This document shows positions 36,339 through 47,108 of a DNA stretch of 64,000 nt, in pieces. The number at the start of each line of letters is the position of its first letter. The stretch's first letter is position 1. The notes below the pieces were generated by a model. That model did not search any database. It was not told the DNA's origin and saw only the letters and a program-made list of their open reading frames with translations. The position numbers and the translations under genes were made by a program. This DNA is from Dehalococcoidia bacterium (GTDB lineage: Bacteria > Chloroflexota > Dehalococcoidia > DSTF01 > WHTK01), in assembly GCA_965247485.1 (NCBI GenBank), contig OZ252017.1:837664-901663 (forward strand), read 5' to 3'.

Positions 36339-37735
36339 TCGTCGTCACCATTCCGCGGCGCCTTAGATCGCTTCGAACCGAATGGCAGATCTCGCGCCAT
36401 ATCGAGCAGAGCCGCCTTGGCCACGCCGGCATCAGCCGGGCGCGGAATCAGCGCCTCAATCAGGGAGCCGCCAGAAAGACGGCGATAAGCAACCACCGTT
36501 AGCCCCAGACTGACAGCGTAGGCAAGGCTGGAGGCCGCCGCGGCGCCCGGCACCTCGAATATTGGAATCAGCACTAAGTCAGCGCCGATCGCCACGGATA
36601 ACGTTGCCAGGGCTATCCAAGCGTTTATCATCGGTTTTCCCCGGCTAAAAATGTACGCGGCAAGCACCTTGCTGCCGGCGAGGGCGACAGTACCAGGCAA
36701 CAACCACAAAAACGGCGCCACCGCGTCCTCGAATGCCTCTCCAAAGATCGCTGGTATAACAAACGGCGAGACAGCCGCCGCTGCCAGGGAGGCTAGCGTC
36801 GTCACAAGGAGCGTGCCCCGGCAAATCAGTGGCGTCATCCGCCGGGCATACTCCTCATCGCTTGCAGTAAGGTTGGTGAGCAAAACAACCGTCACCGAGT
36901 TGGCGATAAACCAAAGCCCCTCACTCAGCGAGACCCCTGTGGCGTACAATCCAACCCCGCTGGCGTTGACGAACAGCAAGACCAGGTACGAGTCCAGTCG
37001 GTAATTCAGCAGTTGAATTAGGTTTCCTGCTTGAGCCTGAAGGCCAAATCGCACCGCCAGCGCCAACTGACCCGGCGTCGCCATGCGGTGGGGCCATGAT
37101 CGTCGGCCAATAAGCACGTAGCCAAAGCCCACCGGTGGTAGAAACGCCAGGCTCCAAGCGAAGATCGCGTTTGAGATCGTCAGGTTCTCCAGAAGCTCAA
37201 CCGCTCCGAGGGCCACCAGAACCGAGAGCGGCAGCGATACTTCCAGCAAATTCATCGCGCCAAAGCGGCCCTGAGCCCGCAGCACTCCCTCCAGGATTCG
37301 AAACTGAATCACCGCCGGCACCGCTACCAACAGCAGCCAGAAGGGGACATTCTCTTTGCCCAATTCGTCGTTGAACAAAATTGCCGCGATCAGCACGCCG
37401 GCGCCCGTGAGACCCAGCGCCAGAAGCGTGACACTAAGCCCGGCTTCTAGAGCTTGTGGACCGCTCATTTCACGGCGCCCCACTAGAAAAACGACCGCGG
37501 TCCCAATTCCTAAACTGAAGAATGCAAATCCCAGGCTCACGGCCGCTTGATAAAGCGCTGTCACCCCGCGTCCTTCCGGCCCCAATTCACGCGCCACAAG
37601 TACAACCACCAGAAAGCCAAGGCCGTAGGCGGCCACGGTGCTCAGGAAGACCAAATTTACGTTGAGGAGAAATCCACCACCCGTACCACCCGGTGTGGCG
37701 TTTTGGCCGGGACTAGACATCAGCCGCCCCGGCAA
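36335..37735 (-). CDS. polysaccharide biosynthesis flippase (Wzx/MOP superfamily)
   Basis: 466 aa, about 12-14 TM helices; between two GT4 genes. Confidence 0.65.
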   Translation of the reverse strand: MPGRLMSSPGQNATPGGTGGGFLLNVNLVFLSTVAAYGLGFLVVVLVARELGPEGRGVTALYQAAVSLGFAFFSLGIGTAVVFLVGRREMSGPQALEAGLSVTLLALGLTGAGVLIAAILFNDELGKENVPFWLLLVAVPAVIQFRILEGVLRAQGRFGAMNLLEVSLPLSVLVALGAVELLENLTISNAIFAWSLAFLPPVGFGYVLIGRRSWPHRMATPGQLALAVRFGLQAQAGNLIQLLNYRLDSYLVLLFVNASGVGLYATGVSLSEGLWFIANSVTVVLLTNLTASDEEYARRMTPLICRGTLLVTTLASLAAAAVSPFVIPAIFGEAFEDAVAPFLWLLPGTVALAGSKVLAAYIFSRGKPMINAWIALATLSVAIGADLVLIPIFEVPGAAAASSLAYAVSLGLTVVAYRRLSGGSLIEALIPRPADAGVAKAALLDMARDLPFGSKRSKAPRNGDDE

Positions 37736-38987
37736 AGTCCCGAGATTCCATCATCTCTTCCAGCGCCTCAGCTTCAGCATCGATGCGCTGATCCCAGGTC
37801 CAGAAATTGCTTTCAGCGAAGCCTAAGGCGCCCTCGCCCAGCCTGATCCTGAATTCGGCGTCGCGTGCGAGATCCGCCAGCGCATCAGCGATAGCTTCCG
37901 GCTCACTCGTTGGCAGCAAAACGCCGGTTTCGCCGTTGAGAATCAGGTCACCGGTGTCACCAGCATCCAAAGTCAAGATGCAGCGGCCGCAGCGCATCGC
38001 CTCGAGCAACGGGTTTCCCACGTTGGAAAGCTCATTCAATGAAAGAAAAACATCGGCGGCCCAAAGGTACTGCTGAACTTCGTCGTGTGGCACCGCTCCA
38101 ACAAAATTGACCTGTCGATCAATACCCAGAGCCCGGGCCTGGAGTTCGAGCTTGCTTCGCTCCTCGCCATCTCCAACCACCAAAAGGCGGGCGCTGGTAT
38201 TCCTCCGCCGCAGCGCGGCAACCGCATCCAAGGCCCGATCTACTCGCTTCCAGCGCGCCAGCCGCACGGCCGTCACCAAAACAAACTCATCGTCGGCCAG
38301 CCCGAGTCGCGTCCGGGCATCCGCGGCCTCTTTGGCGGTCGGTGCTCGCACATCGTCAAAATCCAACCCGTTGCGCCAAAATCTGACTTTTCCCGCTGAT
38401 CCCGGATTGAGCTGCTCCAGCACCTCATCGCCCTGGGTGCCATCGTCAGTCATTATGTATAGTTCAGCCGGTGTTTGCAGTGCCTGGACTTCTTCTTGCC
38501 TCCGCAGCAGGCTGATCCGCCGACCCAGATAAGGGTGCATGATCGTTCCCTGAAACCGCGCCACGATGGGTAGGCGTTGATGTCTTAGCCGGCCAGTAGC
38601 CAAGATGCCGTGCACCTCATAGCCATATAGCAGGTCAAACTTTTGCTGCCTCATCAATCGCCTAGCCTCACGAGCAGCAAGAATCGGAAACAGGAGGGCG
38701 AAAGCCAGCTTTTGGCCAACTTTGCGCACCAACGGCGGCAAAGGAAGCCGCGTTGAGGCCGGCGCCGGCATGTTCAGCAAGTGGTAGCGCACACCCGAAA
38801 TCAGCGGCGGCGGTTGGGGCGGCTGGCCGAACTGATGATTTGCCCCAATGCCCGGCCCAATGAAGTCAATGCTGTGGCCGCGGCGGGCCAAACCCTCCAG
38901 CGTTTTGAACAATGAGGGTGCACCCCCTTGTCCGGGGAGAGCCCAAACCTCGAGACCGCTGATTATTAGAATGCGAAATTGAGCCAT
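37713..38987 (-). CDS. glycosyltransferase family 4
   Basis: GT-B C-terminal motif NPLLEAMRCGRCILTLDAGDTGDLILNGETG. Confidence 0.75.
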   Translation of the reverse strand: MAQFRILIISGLEVWALPGQGGAPSLFKTLEGLARRGHSIDFIGPGIGANHQFGQPPQPPPLISGVRYHLLNMPAPASTRLPLPPLVRKVGQKLAFALLFPILAAREARRLMRQQKFDLLYGYEVHGILATGRLRHQRLPIVARFQGTIMHPYLGRRISLLRRQEEVQALQTPAELYIMTDDGTQGDEVLEQLNPGSAGKVRFWRNGLDFDDVRAPTAKEAADARTRLGLADDEFVLVTAVRLARWKRVDRALDAVAALRRRNTSARLLVVGDGEERSKLELQARALGIDRQVNFVGAVPHDEVQQYLWAADVFLSLNELSNVGNPLLEAMRCGRCILTLDAGDTGDLILNGETGVLLPTSEPEAIADALADLARDAEFRIRLGEGALGFAESNFWTWDQRIDAEAEALEEMMESRDFAGAADV

Positions 38988-39060
38988 TTGGCCTGATTGG
39001 ACCCTTTACAAGCACGCGGTAACTTGAAGCATTGAGACCGGAATTCGTATCATACAAAGT

Positions 39061-39137
39061 CGGCAAGCTCGGGGTGTAGCTCAGCCAGGTAGAGCGCACG
39101 GTTCGGGACCGTGAGGCCGGCAGTTCGAATCTGCCCA
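39061..39137 (+). tRNA. tRNA-Pro (anticodon CGG), 77 nt with encoded CCA
   Basis: Canonical cloverleaf: acceptor CGGGGTG/CACCCCG, D-arm GCTC-AGCCAGGTA-GAGC, anticodon arm CACGG-TTCGGGA-CCGTG, T-arm GGCAG-TTCGAAT-CTGCC, A-CCA. Confidence 0.85.
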
Positions 39138-39211
39138 CCCCGACCAGCTAATCCGGGGGGTTGCACCCGCCATCCCTATCCTGTTCGAATCAAACTGAGG
39201 TGTCCAGACCT

Positions 39212-40063
39212 ATGGAAATGAATCCACAAGCTCAGCGTGAGGAGGCGGCCCGTCTCAAGCGCCAGAGCACCGACCAGGCGATCCAGTTGGCCCTTGAAGG
39301 CAAATGGGAAGAGGCCGTAACCGTCAATCGCACCATACTCTCAACCCGCCCGGCCGAAGTCGATGCCTGGAATCGCCAGGGCAAAGCTCTCAACGAGCTC
39401 GGCCGATACCGAGAAGCCTTTGAATCTTATGGCAAGTCAGTCGAACTCGATCCGATCAACACAATAGCCAAACGCAACCTCGAGCGCCTTTCAGCTCTCC
39501 AGGAAGTCGACCAGGCTCAGGGTGTCGAGGGTGCTTCAAAGGTCGCCCAAGACCTCTTTATTGAGGAAGTCGGTAAATCCGGCGTGACTACGATCGACGG
39601 GATGTCGCGAGAGATGCTGGCGACCCTCACGGCTGGCGACGAAGTTTATCTGGCGCCGGCAGAGAGCCTGTTAAACATCGATAACGCCCAAGGCGAAACA
39701 ATCGGAACCGTCGAGCCCAAGCTTGGTCTCCGCCTCTTACGCCTCATCGAGGGCGGCAACCGCTACGCGGCTGCGGTCAAGAGCGTTGCTGAGAATGACG
39801 CCGAGTTGATCATCAAGGAGACCTACAAGGATCCCAGTCAAACCCGCCTCTCCTTTCCAGCCGGCCGTGAGGGCGTCCGAGCTTACACCAAGGAATCGCT
39901 GGTTCGCCTCACCGATGACGATGATGATGAAGTCATCGACTCCGATACGGATAACGAAGACTGGGAGAGTGATACCGACGATCCTGACGCGGGCAAAACC
40001 ACCGCCACCACCACCCCGAACGTGATCGAACCTGACGACAATGACGAGGACACCGACGACTAG
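39212..40063 (+). CDS. TPR-repeat protein with highly acidic Asp-rich C-terminal tail
   Basis: TPR-like helices (AWNRQGKALNELGRYREAFESYGKSVELDP) and DDDDEVIDSDTDNEDWESDTDDPD tail. Confidence 0.5.
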   Translation: MEMNPQAQREEAARLKRQSTDQAIQLALEGKWEEAVTVNRTILSTRPAEVDAWNRQGKALNELGRYREAFESYGKSVELDPINTIAKRNLERLSALQEVDQAQGVEGASKVAQDLFIEEVGKSGVTTIDGMSREMLATLTAGDEVYLAPAESLLNIDNAQGETIGTVEPKLGLRLLRLIEGGNRYAAAVKSVAENDAELIIKETYKDPSQTRLSFPAGREGVRAYTKESLVRLTDDDDDEVIDSDTDNEDWESDTDDPDAGKTTATTTPNVIEPDDNDEDTDD

Positions 40064-40067
40064 TGAG

Positions 40068-40754
40068 ATGAAGTCGCGTCCGCGCATTGCTGTTTCCAGT
40101 TGGGATTTCGCTGGCGGAGAGCGAAGTCAGCTTTACTGTGACCGAGTGCTGGATGCAGGCCTCGAGCCAGTGCTTTTAGGTCAGCCGGGCCAGAGTCTGG
40201 AGGATTGCGCCGGCTTGGTCCTAATCGGTGGCGTGGATGTCGATCCTTCGCTTTACCGTGAGGAACCTGGCCCACACACTCAGACACCCGACCCGGCTCG
40301 GGACGGTTTCGAATCTGGGCTGCTGCACGAGGCCATGCAACGCGACCTCCCTACCCTGGCAATTTGTCGCGGTTTTCAACTCCTCAACGTCTGCCTCGGT
40401 GGAAGTCTTGTCCAGCACATCGAAGGATGGGCCCACGCCACTAATCGCGATGAGGACAAAACTTCGAGTCATCATCAAGTGAAACTCAGCGGTCTACTCG
40501 CCGAGGTCCTTGACGCGTCCGAGGCAGTAGTCAACTCTCGCCACCATCAAGCAGTGACCGCTGAATGCCTCGCGCCCGGCCTTGAGCCCCTGGCCGCCTC
40601 CAGCGATGGCCTTATCGAAGCCGCCCGGGACCAGAATCACCGCTGGCTGCTTGGTGTTCAATGGCATCCCGAACGCACCGAGCCTCATCTGCCCGACTTC
40701 GACACCCAGAGCCTGCGCCTGTTCCGAGCCTTCGCCCAAGCCGCGGCCAGCTAA
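40068..40754 (+). CDS. class I glutamine amidotransferase (gamma-glutamyl-GABA hydrolase / peptidase C26-like)
   Basis: LAICRGFQLLNVCLGGSL (catalytic Cys), ...WHPE (His). Confidence 0.75.
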   Translation: MKSRPRIAVSSWDFAGGERSQLYCDRVLDAGLEPVLLGQPGQSLEDCAGLVLIGGVDVDPSLYREEPGPHTQTPDPARDGFESGLLHEAMQRDLPTLAICRGFQLLNVCLGGSLVQHIEGWAHATNRDEDKTSSHHQVKLSGLLAEVLDASEAVVNSRHHQAVTAECLAPGLEPLAASSDGLIEAARDQNHRWLLGVQWHPERTEPHLPDFDTQSLRLFRAFAQAAAS

Positions 40755-40891
40755 ATCCTCACATCTGGAATCACTGCCTGCCCGAGAGACTTTTTGAGCT
40801 CAAATTCGGCCGGTATGGTATCATTGATTTAGCAATTAAAGTCTCCCGCAGCCTTCACTCCGATGTGACGGCGCCTTCTTGAGAGCATCTC

Positions 40892-43444
40892 ATGACAACC
40901 TCCCCTATTGACGCCGGCAGCGTCCGCCCGACGCGAATCGAAGAGGAGATGCGCACCGCCTACCTGGATTACGCGATGAGCGTGAACGTCTCTCGCGCTA
41001 TTCCAGATGTTCGAGACGGCCTCAAGCCGGTGCAGCGCCGCATCCTCTATGGCATGTCGGAACTGAATTTAGCTGCTGGTAACGCCTACAAAAAAAGCGC
41101 CAGCGTCATCGGTGAAGTGATGGGTAAATTCCATCCTCATGGCGATGCCCCAATCTATGAGGCCCTCGTACGCATGGCCCAAGATTTCGCGCTTCGCTAC
41201 CCTTTGGTCGATGGCCAGGGAAATTTCGGCAGCATCGACAACGATCCGGCCGCCGCAATGCGGTATACGGAGGCCCGGCTAACCGCCATAGCAGGCGAGA
41301 TCCTCACTGACCTTGAAAAAAATACGGTCGATTTTCAGCCTACGTTCGACGACAGCCGTGAGGAACCAACTGTCCTGCCGGCGCGCGTACCAAACCTGCT
41401 GATCAACGGCGCTTCCGGCATTGGCGTCAGCCTTGCGACCAATATCCCACCCCATAACCTCGGCGAAATCTGTGACGCAATCTCTCTACTAATCGACGCG
41501 CCCGAAAGCACAACCGACGAATTGACCGAAATCGTCAAAGGACCAGATTTCCCCACCGGGGGGATAATTTTCGGTCGCCAGGCGATCAGGCAGGCCTACA
41601 GCGATGGCCGTGGCCGCATTGTTGTCAGAGCCCAAGCCCATGTCGAGGAATCGCCAAACGGCCGGGCGCAAATCATCGTCACGGAGCTGCCTTTCCAGGT
41701 AAACAAGGCAGCCTTGGTCGGACGCATAGCCGAACTCGTCAAGGCGAAAAAGATCGAGGGAATTAGCGATCTTCGGGATGAGTCTGACCGTCAGGGAATG
41801 CGCATCGTCCTCGAGCTGGGCCGTGGCGTCCAAGCTCGCCCGGTTCTCAACGCTCTCTACAAGCACACGTCCATGCAGACCACCTTCGCTGTGAACATGC
41901 TGGCGCTTGTAAACCGTGAGCCTCGGACCATCCGCCTAAAGTCGGCGCTGGAAAACTTTATCGACTTCCGGCGAGAGGTAATCCGCCGCCGCACCGAGTT
42001 TGATCTGGCTAAGGCCCAGGAGCGGGCTCACATTCTCGAAGGCCTCCTGAAAGCCCTCGAGAACATGGACGCAATTATCATCGCCATTCGCGAGTCAGCC
42101 TCCGCGGAAGCAGCCCGCACCCGGTTGCAGGAAGCACCCTTTGCCCTCAGCGAACGCCAGGCCCAGGCCGTATTGGACATGCAGCTCCGGCGGCTTGCCG
42201 CCCTGGAGCGCCAAAAAATTGAGACCGAGTACGCCGAACTCATTCAACTGATCAGTGAACTCGAAGATCTCCTCGCCAACCGCCAAAAGATCGACTTCCT
42301 GCTCAAAGAAGAGTCGCAGGAAGTCAAAGAGAAGTACGGCAACGAGCGCCGCACCCAAATCATCGAGAAAGAGGTCGAGGACTTCAGCGAAGAAGACCTA
42401 ATTCCTCATCAGGAGGTCGTAATAACCCTCACTCAGAAGGGTTACATCAAACGCGTGCCCCTGGAAACCTACCGGCCTCAGCGCCGTGGCGGCCGCGGAG
42501 TCGCCGGAATGGGCGTTCGCGAAGCCGATGGGATCCATCGCCTCTTGATCGCCGATACCCACGACAGCGTGCTCTTCTTCACCGGCCGAGGCCGCGTCTT
42601 TCAACTGCCGGCTCACGAAATACCCGATTCATCAAGAACCGCTCGAGGCACACCGATAGTCAACCTCATCGAGATTGGCGAAAAGGAAACCATCACTGCC
42701 GTCGTGACAACCACCACCTATGACCAAGACTTCATGCTGCTGGCGACCAGAAAGGGTGAAATCAAGAAGACGCCGCTGCGTGAATTCGCCAGCGTTCGCC
42801 GCGCCGGTCTGATCGCGATGGGCCTCGAAAAGGAAGATGAGTTAGTTTTCGCGCGCCTCGCCCGTGACGAGGACGATACAGTCCTTGTCGCCTCACACGG
42901 CAAAGCCATCCGCTTCTCCGTTCAGACCCTCCGCTCAGCTTCGCGGTCTAGCGGCGGCGTGCGAGGCATGCGATTAATCGCCGCCGGTGACGAGGTTGTA
43001 GCCATGGAGACTGTCGTCCCCGACGCCATGCTGCTAACCATTTCTGAAACTGGCCTCGGCAAACGAACCTCTTTCGAAGAGTACCCTCGACACTCGCGCG
43101 GCGGTCAAGGCGTAGCCACTCACAACGTCACCGACCGCACCGGCCGCGTCGTAGCCGCTCGGGCCGTGACCGAGGATGAGGACGTTATGACAATCTCTGA
43201 GAGTGGAATCGTCATGCGAACATCCGTCCAAAGCATCGCCAAAGTGGGACGCTCCGCCCAAGGAGTACATGTGATGAACGTCGGTAGCGGCGATCGCGTC
43301 GCTTCGGTGGCAATCATTGACCTATCTAAGCAGCCACCCGTCGACGACGATGAAAGCGAGGGGACAGTCGGCGATTCCCCTCCCGCAGCCGATAACCCGC
43401 CTCCCAAGGGTGGGGGCAACGGCCGCAAGCCTCGTCGCCGGTAA
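40892..43444 (+). CDS. gyrA: DNA gyrase subunit A
   Basis: [26 protein letters not shown], active-site RYTEARL, GyrA-box QRRGGRG, 850 aa with beta-pinwheel C-terminal domain. Confidence 0.95.
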   Translation: MTTSPIDAGSVRPTRIEEEMRTAYLDYAMSVNVSRAIPDVRDGLKPVQRRILYGMSELNLAAGNAYKKSASVIGEVMGKFHPHGDAPIYEALVRMAQDFALRYPLVDGQGNFGSIDNDPAAAMRYTEARLTAIAGEILTDLEKNTVDFQPTFDDSREEPTVLPARVPNLLINGASGIGVSLATNIPPHNLGEICDAISLLIDAPESTTDELTEIVKGPDFPTGGIIFGRQAIRQAYSDGRGRIVVRAQAHVEESPNGRAQIIVTELPFQVNKAALVGRIAELVKAKKIEGISDLRDESDRQGMRIVLELGRGVQARPVLNALYKHTSMQTTFAVNMLALVNREPRTIRLKSALENFIDFRREVIRRRTEFDLAKAQERAHILEGLLKALENMDAIIIAIRESASAEAARTRLQEAPFALSERQAQAVLDMQLRRLAALERQKIETEYAELIQLISELEDLLANRQKIDFLLKEESQEVKEKYGNERRTQIIEKEVEDFSEEDLIPHQEVVITLTQKGYIKRVPLETYRPQRRGGRGVAGMGVREADGIHRLLIADTHDSVLFFTGRGRVFQLPAHEIPDSSRTARGTPIVNLIEIGEKETITAVVTTTTYDQDFMLLATRKGEIKKTPLREFASVRRAGLIAMGLEKEDELVFARLARDEDDTVLVASHGKAIRFSVQTLRSASRSSGGVRGMRLIAAGDEVVAMETVVPDAMLLTISETGLGKRTSFEEYPRHSRGGQGVATHNVTDRTGRVVAARAVTEDEDVMTISESGIVMRTSVQSIAKVGRSAQGVHVMNVGSGDRVASVAIIDLSKQPPVDDDESEGTVGDSPPAADNPPPKGGGNGRKPRRR

Positions 43445-43525
43445 CCTGGCGCCTGCCAGCCCGATTGACACTATTCCGACTCCGTTCCTAGAATCAATCT
43501 GCCCCTATGGGCCGGAGGAGTCACA

Positions 43526-43732
43526 ATGCGAAAAGAAATGATGGATATTCTCGCCTGCCCTGTCTGCAAAGGACCGCTAACTCTGGCAGCAACCAAGGAG
43601 GATGGCGACGAGGTGGTCGAAGGATCGTTGCATTGTGCCAAATGCGATGAATCCTACCCGATCAAGGAAACAATCCCGAATCTGCTGCCTCCAGACCTGC
43701 GCCAGGCCATGGAGAGCGGCAGCACTACGTGA
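43526..43732 (+). CDS. Trm112-like (UPF0434) zinc-ribbon protein
   Basis: ILACPVCKGPL...LHCAKCDESYPIKETIPNLL. Confidence 0.7.
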   Translation: MRKEMMDILACPVCKGPLTLAATKEDGDEVVEGSLHCAKCDESYPIKETIPNLLPPDLRQAMESGSTT

Positions 43733-43953
43733 ACCGAGCACAGACAATCGGCATCATCCTGATGGTCGGCGCCGCGCTCCAAATGCTGCTCTTCCTGATC
43801 GGCGTTACCCGCCGCAGTTACGCGGCCCTGGCTCTTCCAGTGATCGCGGCAATGACAACCCTCGCGGCGCTGACTTTTTGGGTGGGCTTTACCATGCTGC
43901 GTTTGGAAAATGAAGATCAGGAGCCGGCCTCAGTCAGCTCACCAGACGCATGA
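43729..43953 (+). CDS. small membrane protein (2 TM), hypothetical
   Basis: Hydrophobic 74-aa ORF coupled to Trm112-like gene. Confidence 0.3.
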   Translation: MNRAQTIGIILMVGAALQMLLFLIGVTRRSYAALALPVIAAMTTLAALTFWVGFTMLRLENEDQEPASVSSPDA

Positions 43954-43962
43954 GATCGACTT

Positions 43963-44481
43963 TTAGGCCGGGACCTCGCCCTCGTTTGCATTAGCCCAAT
44001 CTGGGCCGCCGATTCGTCGCAATCCGCTGGCTTCAACCTGACTTAGGAACATCTCCAACGGCTCACCTGTGGGCGGATAAAGCAGCCCCGGTTCTAAATC
44101 CAGCAGCGGCTGCAACACAAACGCACGCTCGCGAAGCCGCGGGTGGGGCAAGACAAGCTCTTCAGTCTCCACGGTTTCGTTGTTGTAGAGCACGATGTCG
44201 AGATCGATCGGCCGAGGCTCCCAACGCTGCCGTGAGTGGCGGCCAATTGCCTCCTCTATTCGCTTCAAGTGACGCAGAAGGAGACCAGGTGGCAGCCCTG
44301 TTGCCACCTGGCAAACAGCGTTTAGATAATCGGGCGGCGGTGCCGGCTGCTGCGGCGGCGATTCATAGAGCGGCGAAGACGCCTCAACTCGCACCAGGGG
44401 CTCCAACATTCGCAGAGCTAGCGCCAAGTTCGCTTGACGATTACCAAGGTTAGATCCGATAGCCAGATAAATCCCAGACAT
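43963..44481 (-). CDS. folK: 2-amino-4-hydroxy-6-hydroxymethyldihydropteridine pyrophosphokinase
   Basis: N-terminal AIGSNLGNRQANL motif; adjacent to folP. Confidence 0.85.
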   Translation of the reverse strand: MSGIYLAIGSNLGNRQANLALALRMLEPLVRVEASSPLYESPPQQPAPPPDYLNAVCQVATGLPPGLLLRHLKRIEEAIGRHSRQRWEPRPIDLDIVLYNNETVETEELVLPHPRLRERAFVLQPLLDLEPGLLYPPTGEPLEMFLSQVEASGLRRIGGPDWANANEGEVPA

Positions 44482-45314
44482 CAGACATCGCCCCGGACAA
44501 TAGCGTCAGTCATCCGGCTTACTTCCACCATCTCGGCCACATCGTGTACCCGGACCATGTCCGCGCCGTTCATGATCGCGATGGCTGTAGTGGCCGCACT
44601 TCCCCAAATCCGCTCCGCCTCCGGACGTTCTAGCACTGTCCCAATCGTCGACTTGCGTGAAGTGCCAACCAGCAAAGGAAGACCGAGATCGCCAAGCTCA
44701 GCGAGGCGCCTCAGCATTTCCAAGTTCTGCTCCGTGGTCCAGCCGAATCCGAAGCCAGGGTCGGCAATGAGTTTTTCCGAACCCAGGCCCGCCGCTGTCG
44801 CGATCTCCTGGCTCATTGCCAGGCCGGCCCTTACGTCCCCGATCACGTCTCCAATTTGACGGCCGCGTTGGTTGTGCATAATCACGGACGGAATGTTTCG
44901 CTTCGCCGCCACTCTGGCAACCTCCGGGTCGTGGCGAAAACCCCAGATATCGTTGATCATGTCTGCGCCGGCATCGAGCGCCGCCTCAACAACCGGCGCT
45001 CGATAGGCGTCAATACTTACCGGCAAACTAGTAGCTCGAACAATCGCCTCGATCGCCGGCACGATCCGGCGCCTCTCTTCTTCGATGCTCAACTCTGCAA
45101 ATCCGGGCCGGGTTGACTGCCCACCGACATCGATGATGTCAGCGCCTCCATCTGTAAATCGGCGTGCCTGTTCGGCCGCACCGGCCGCCTCACCGATGCC
45201 ATCGCCAGAGAACGAGTCCAGGGAGACGTTCACAACCCCCATGATGAAGGTCCGGCTGCCCCACACAAAGCGGTGCGACCTCACCGTAAGACTCCCGCTT
45301 AACTTGCTAATCAC
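44481..45314 (-). CDS. folP: dihydropteroate synthase
   Basis: GADIIDVGGQSTRPG and DIWG motifs of pterin-binding domain. Confidence 0.9.
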   Translation of the reverse strand: MISKLSGSLTVRSHRFVWGSRTFIMGVVNVSLDSFSGDGIGEAAGAAEQARRFTDGGADIIDVGGQSTRPGFAELSIEEERRRIVPAIEAIVRATSLPVSIDAYRAPVVEAALDAGADMINDIWGFRHDPEVARVAAKRNIPSVIMHNQRGRQIGDVIGDVRAGLAMSQEIATAAGLGSEKLIADPGFGFGWTTEQNLEMLRRLAELGDLGLPLLVGTSRKSTIGTVLERPEAERIWGSAATTAIAIMNGADMVRVHDVAEMVEVSRMTDAIVRGDV

Positions 45315-45402
45315 GATTTCATGTTAGTCGCGTCCTCGGCGCCAAACAAAGGGGCAAAGCGGCGTCAATTCAGTTCGCCAATGCCGCAACCGCTAAAACA
45401 AC

Positions 45403-46107
45403 TTGACAATTCCTTTCAATCGACACATAGTCGGAGCCACTGGTCAAATTGAAGCAAGGCGGGAAGGCGGTCAGCCGATGGAGCCAACGCCCGGAGCCTC
45501 CGCCGGTAGCGGCTACCCGGTGCGACTAGAAATCGAGCGGCCAGGCGCTCAGTCACGACTGACAAACTTCCCATTTCTCGGTGGCCTTATTCGAGCCGTC
45601 TTGCTGATTCCTCACCTGGTTATTCTAAATTTGCTCTCACTGGCCGCGAACGTTGCCTATTTCATCGCTACCTTTGCCATCTTGTTCACGGGACGCTATC
45701 CGCTTGGGCTCTTCAATTTTGCCGTCGGTGTCACACGCTGGAACACAGCGGTTTTAGCCTACTGGAGCCACCTCTGCGACGAATATCCGCCGTTTTCAAT
45801 GGAGTCTGGCAATCCCCGTATCCTTCTTGAAGTTGACTACCCCGATCGGTCCACCCGGCTTTTAAATCTCCCCTGGCTCGGCATGTTGGTCAAACTTGTC
45901 CTCTTGACCCCACATCTCATAATCCTTGGTTTCCTTCTCTTTGCGTTTTCGATCGTTACTCTCGTCTCCGAGTTCGCGATCCTTTTCACCGGCTCCTATC
46001 CCCAACCTCTACACACTTTCGCCGTGGGCGTCAGTCGCTGGTGGACCAGGACCAACGCCTACTTAGTCGCAATTACGGACCGTTATCCACCGTTCAGCCT
46101 CAGCTAG
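45403..46107 (+). CDS. DUF4389-domain membrane protein (two internal repeats)
   Basis: Repeated ILFTGRYP...FAVGV.RW...AY......YPPFS modules. Confidence 0.5.
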   Translation: MTIPFNRHIVGATGQIEARREGGQPMEPTPGASAGSGYPVRLEIERPGAQSRLTNFPFLGGLIRAVLLIPHLVILNLLSLAANVAYFIATFAILFTGRYPLGLFNFAVGVTRWNTAVLAYWSHLCDEYPPFSMESGNPRILLEVDYPDRSTRLLNLPWLGMLVKLVLLTPHLIILGFLLFAFSIVTLVSEFAILFTGSYPQPLHTFAVGVSRWWTRTNAYLVAITDRYPPFSLS

Positions 46108-46199
46108 CTAAATCTCATGCGACACCCTCACCCAGGCCCATTGCAATGCATCAAATGAACTGATGCCGTGCATGGACCGACGAAGATTAGAAGAATCGA

Positions 46200-46841
46200 G
46201 TGGCTATGGAATCAGACGCACATCCTCAAGACATGCCTGTTTACCCGATCAGGCTGGAAATAACCCAGCCAGAGACACAGCGCCGCCTTACAAACTTCCC
46301 GTTGTTCATCGGCACCCTGATCCGGCTTGTCCTGCTGATTCCTAGCTACCTGGTGCTCTATTACTTGATGTTTGGTGCCCTAATCGGCTATGTGGCGGCC
46401 ACGTTTGTCATCACCCTGCGAGGCCGCTATCCCAGGGGAATCTTCAAGCTATTGGTTGGAATTCACCGCTGGGAGGCAAACATCACCGCCTACTTTCTCC
46501 ACCTGTTCGACGACTATCCTCCATTGGACCTCGACCAGCGACTAGACCGAGCCCTCCAACTGGAAGTCGATTACCCGCAGCATCCGTCTCGGTGGCTCAA
46601 TGCACCTGGAATCGGCTTCGCCATCAAAGCGGTCATTCTTATCCCTCATTTTCTAGTTCTCAACGCCCTCTACTTCCTGGCCAGCGTCATCGTGCTAATC
46701 GGCCAAGTGGCGATACTTTTCAATCGCCGATTTCCACCTGGACTGCATCAAATGGTCGTCGGCTTTGTCCGTTGGGAACATCGAGTCACGGGCTACCTCT
46801 TCGGCCTCACCGACAAATACCCACCATTCAGTCTCTCCTGA
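46200..46841 (+). CDS. DUF4389-domain membrane protein, paralog of the upstream gene
   Basis: Same two-module architecture ending ...DKYPPFSLS. Confidence 0.5.
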   Translation: MAMESDAHPQDMPVYPIRLEITQPETQRRLTNFPLFIGTLIRLVLLIPSYLVLYYLMFGALIGYVAATFVITLRGRYPRGIFKLLVGIHRWEANITAYFLHLFDDYPPLDLDQRLDRALQLEVDYPQHPSRWLNAPGIGFAIKAVILIPHFLVLNALYFLASVIVLIGQVAILFNRRFPPGLHQMVVGFVRWEHRVTGYLFGLTDKYPPFSLS

Positions 46842-47108
46842 GAAAACGACCCAATCCTGGCCAAATGCTAAGCTGCAAAGGCAATGTTCCGTTCTCGCGG
46901 CCTTCGGCTCAGCCTCGTCGGGGCACTCATCTTCTTCCTCAGCTTGTTTTCGCTGGTCGCCCTGCCCTCCGGCCCCCCGATCGTGGGAATGGCCTTGGGC
47001 GGAGCTGCCATCTGCGCAGGATTCGTCTGGACGCTGCTCTCGCCGTACAGTTCCTAATACTCTTTCCGGCAAAGGCCATAAAACTCTTTTAAGAAAGTTT
47101 CGGCGCCG

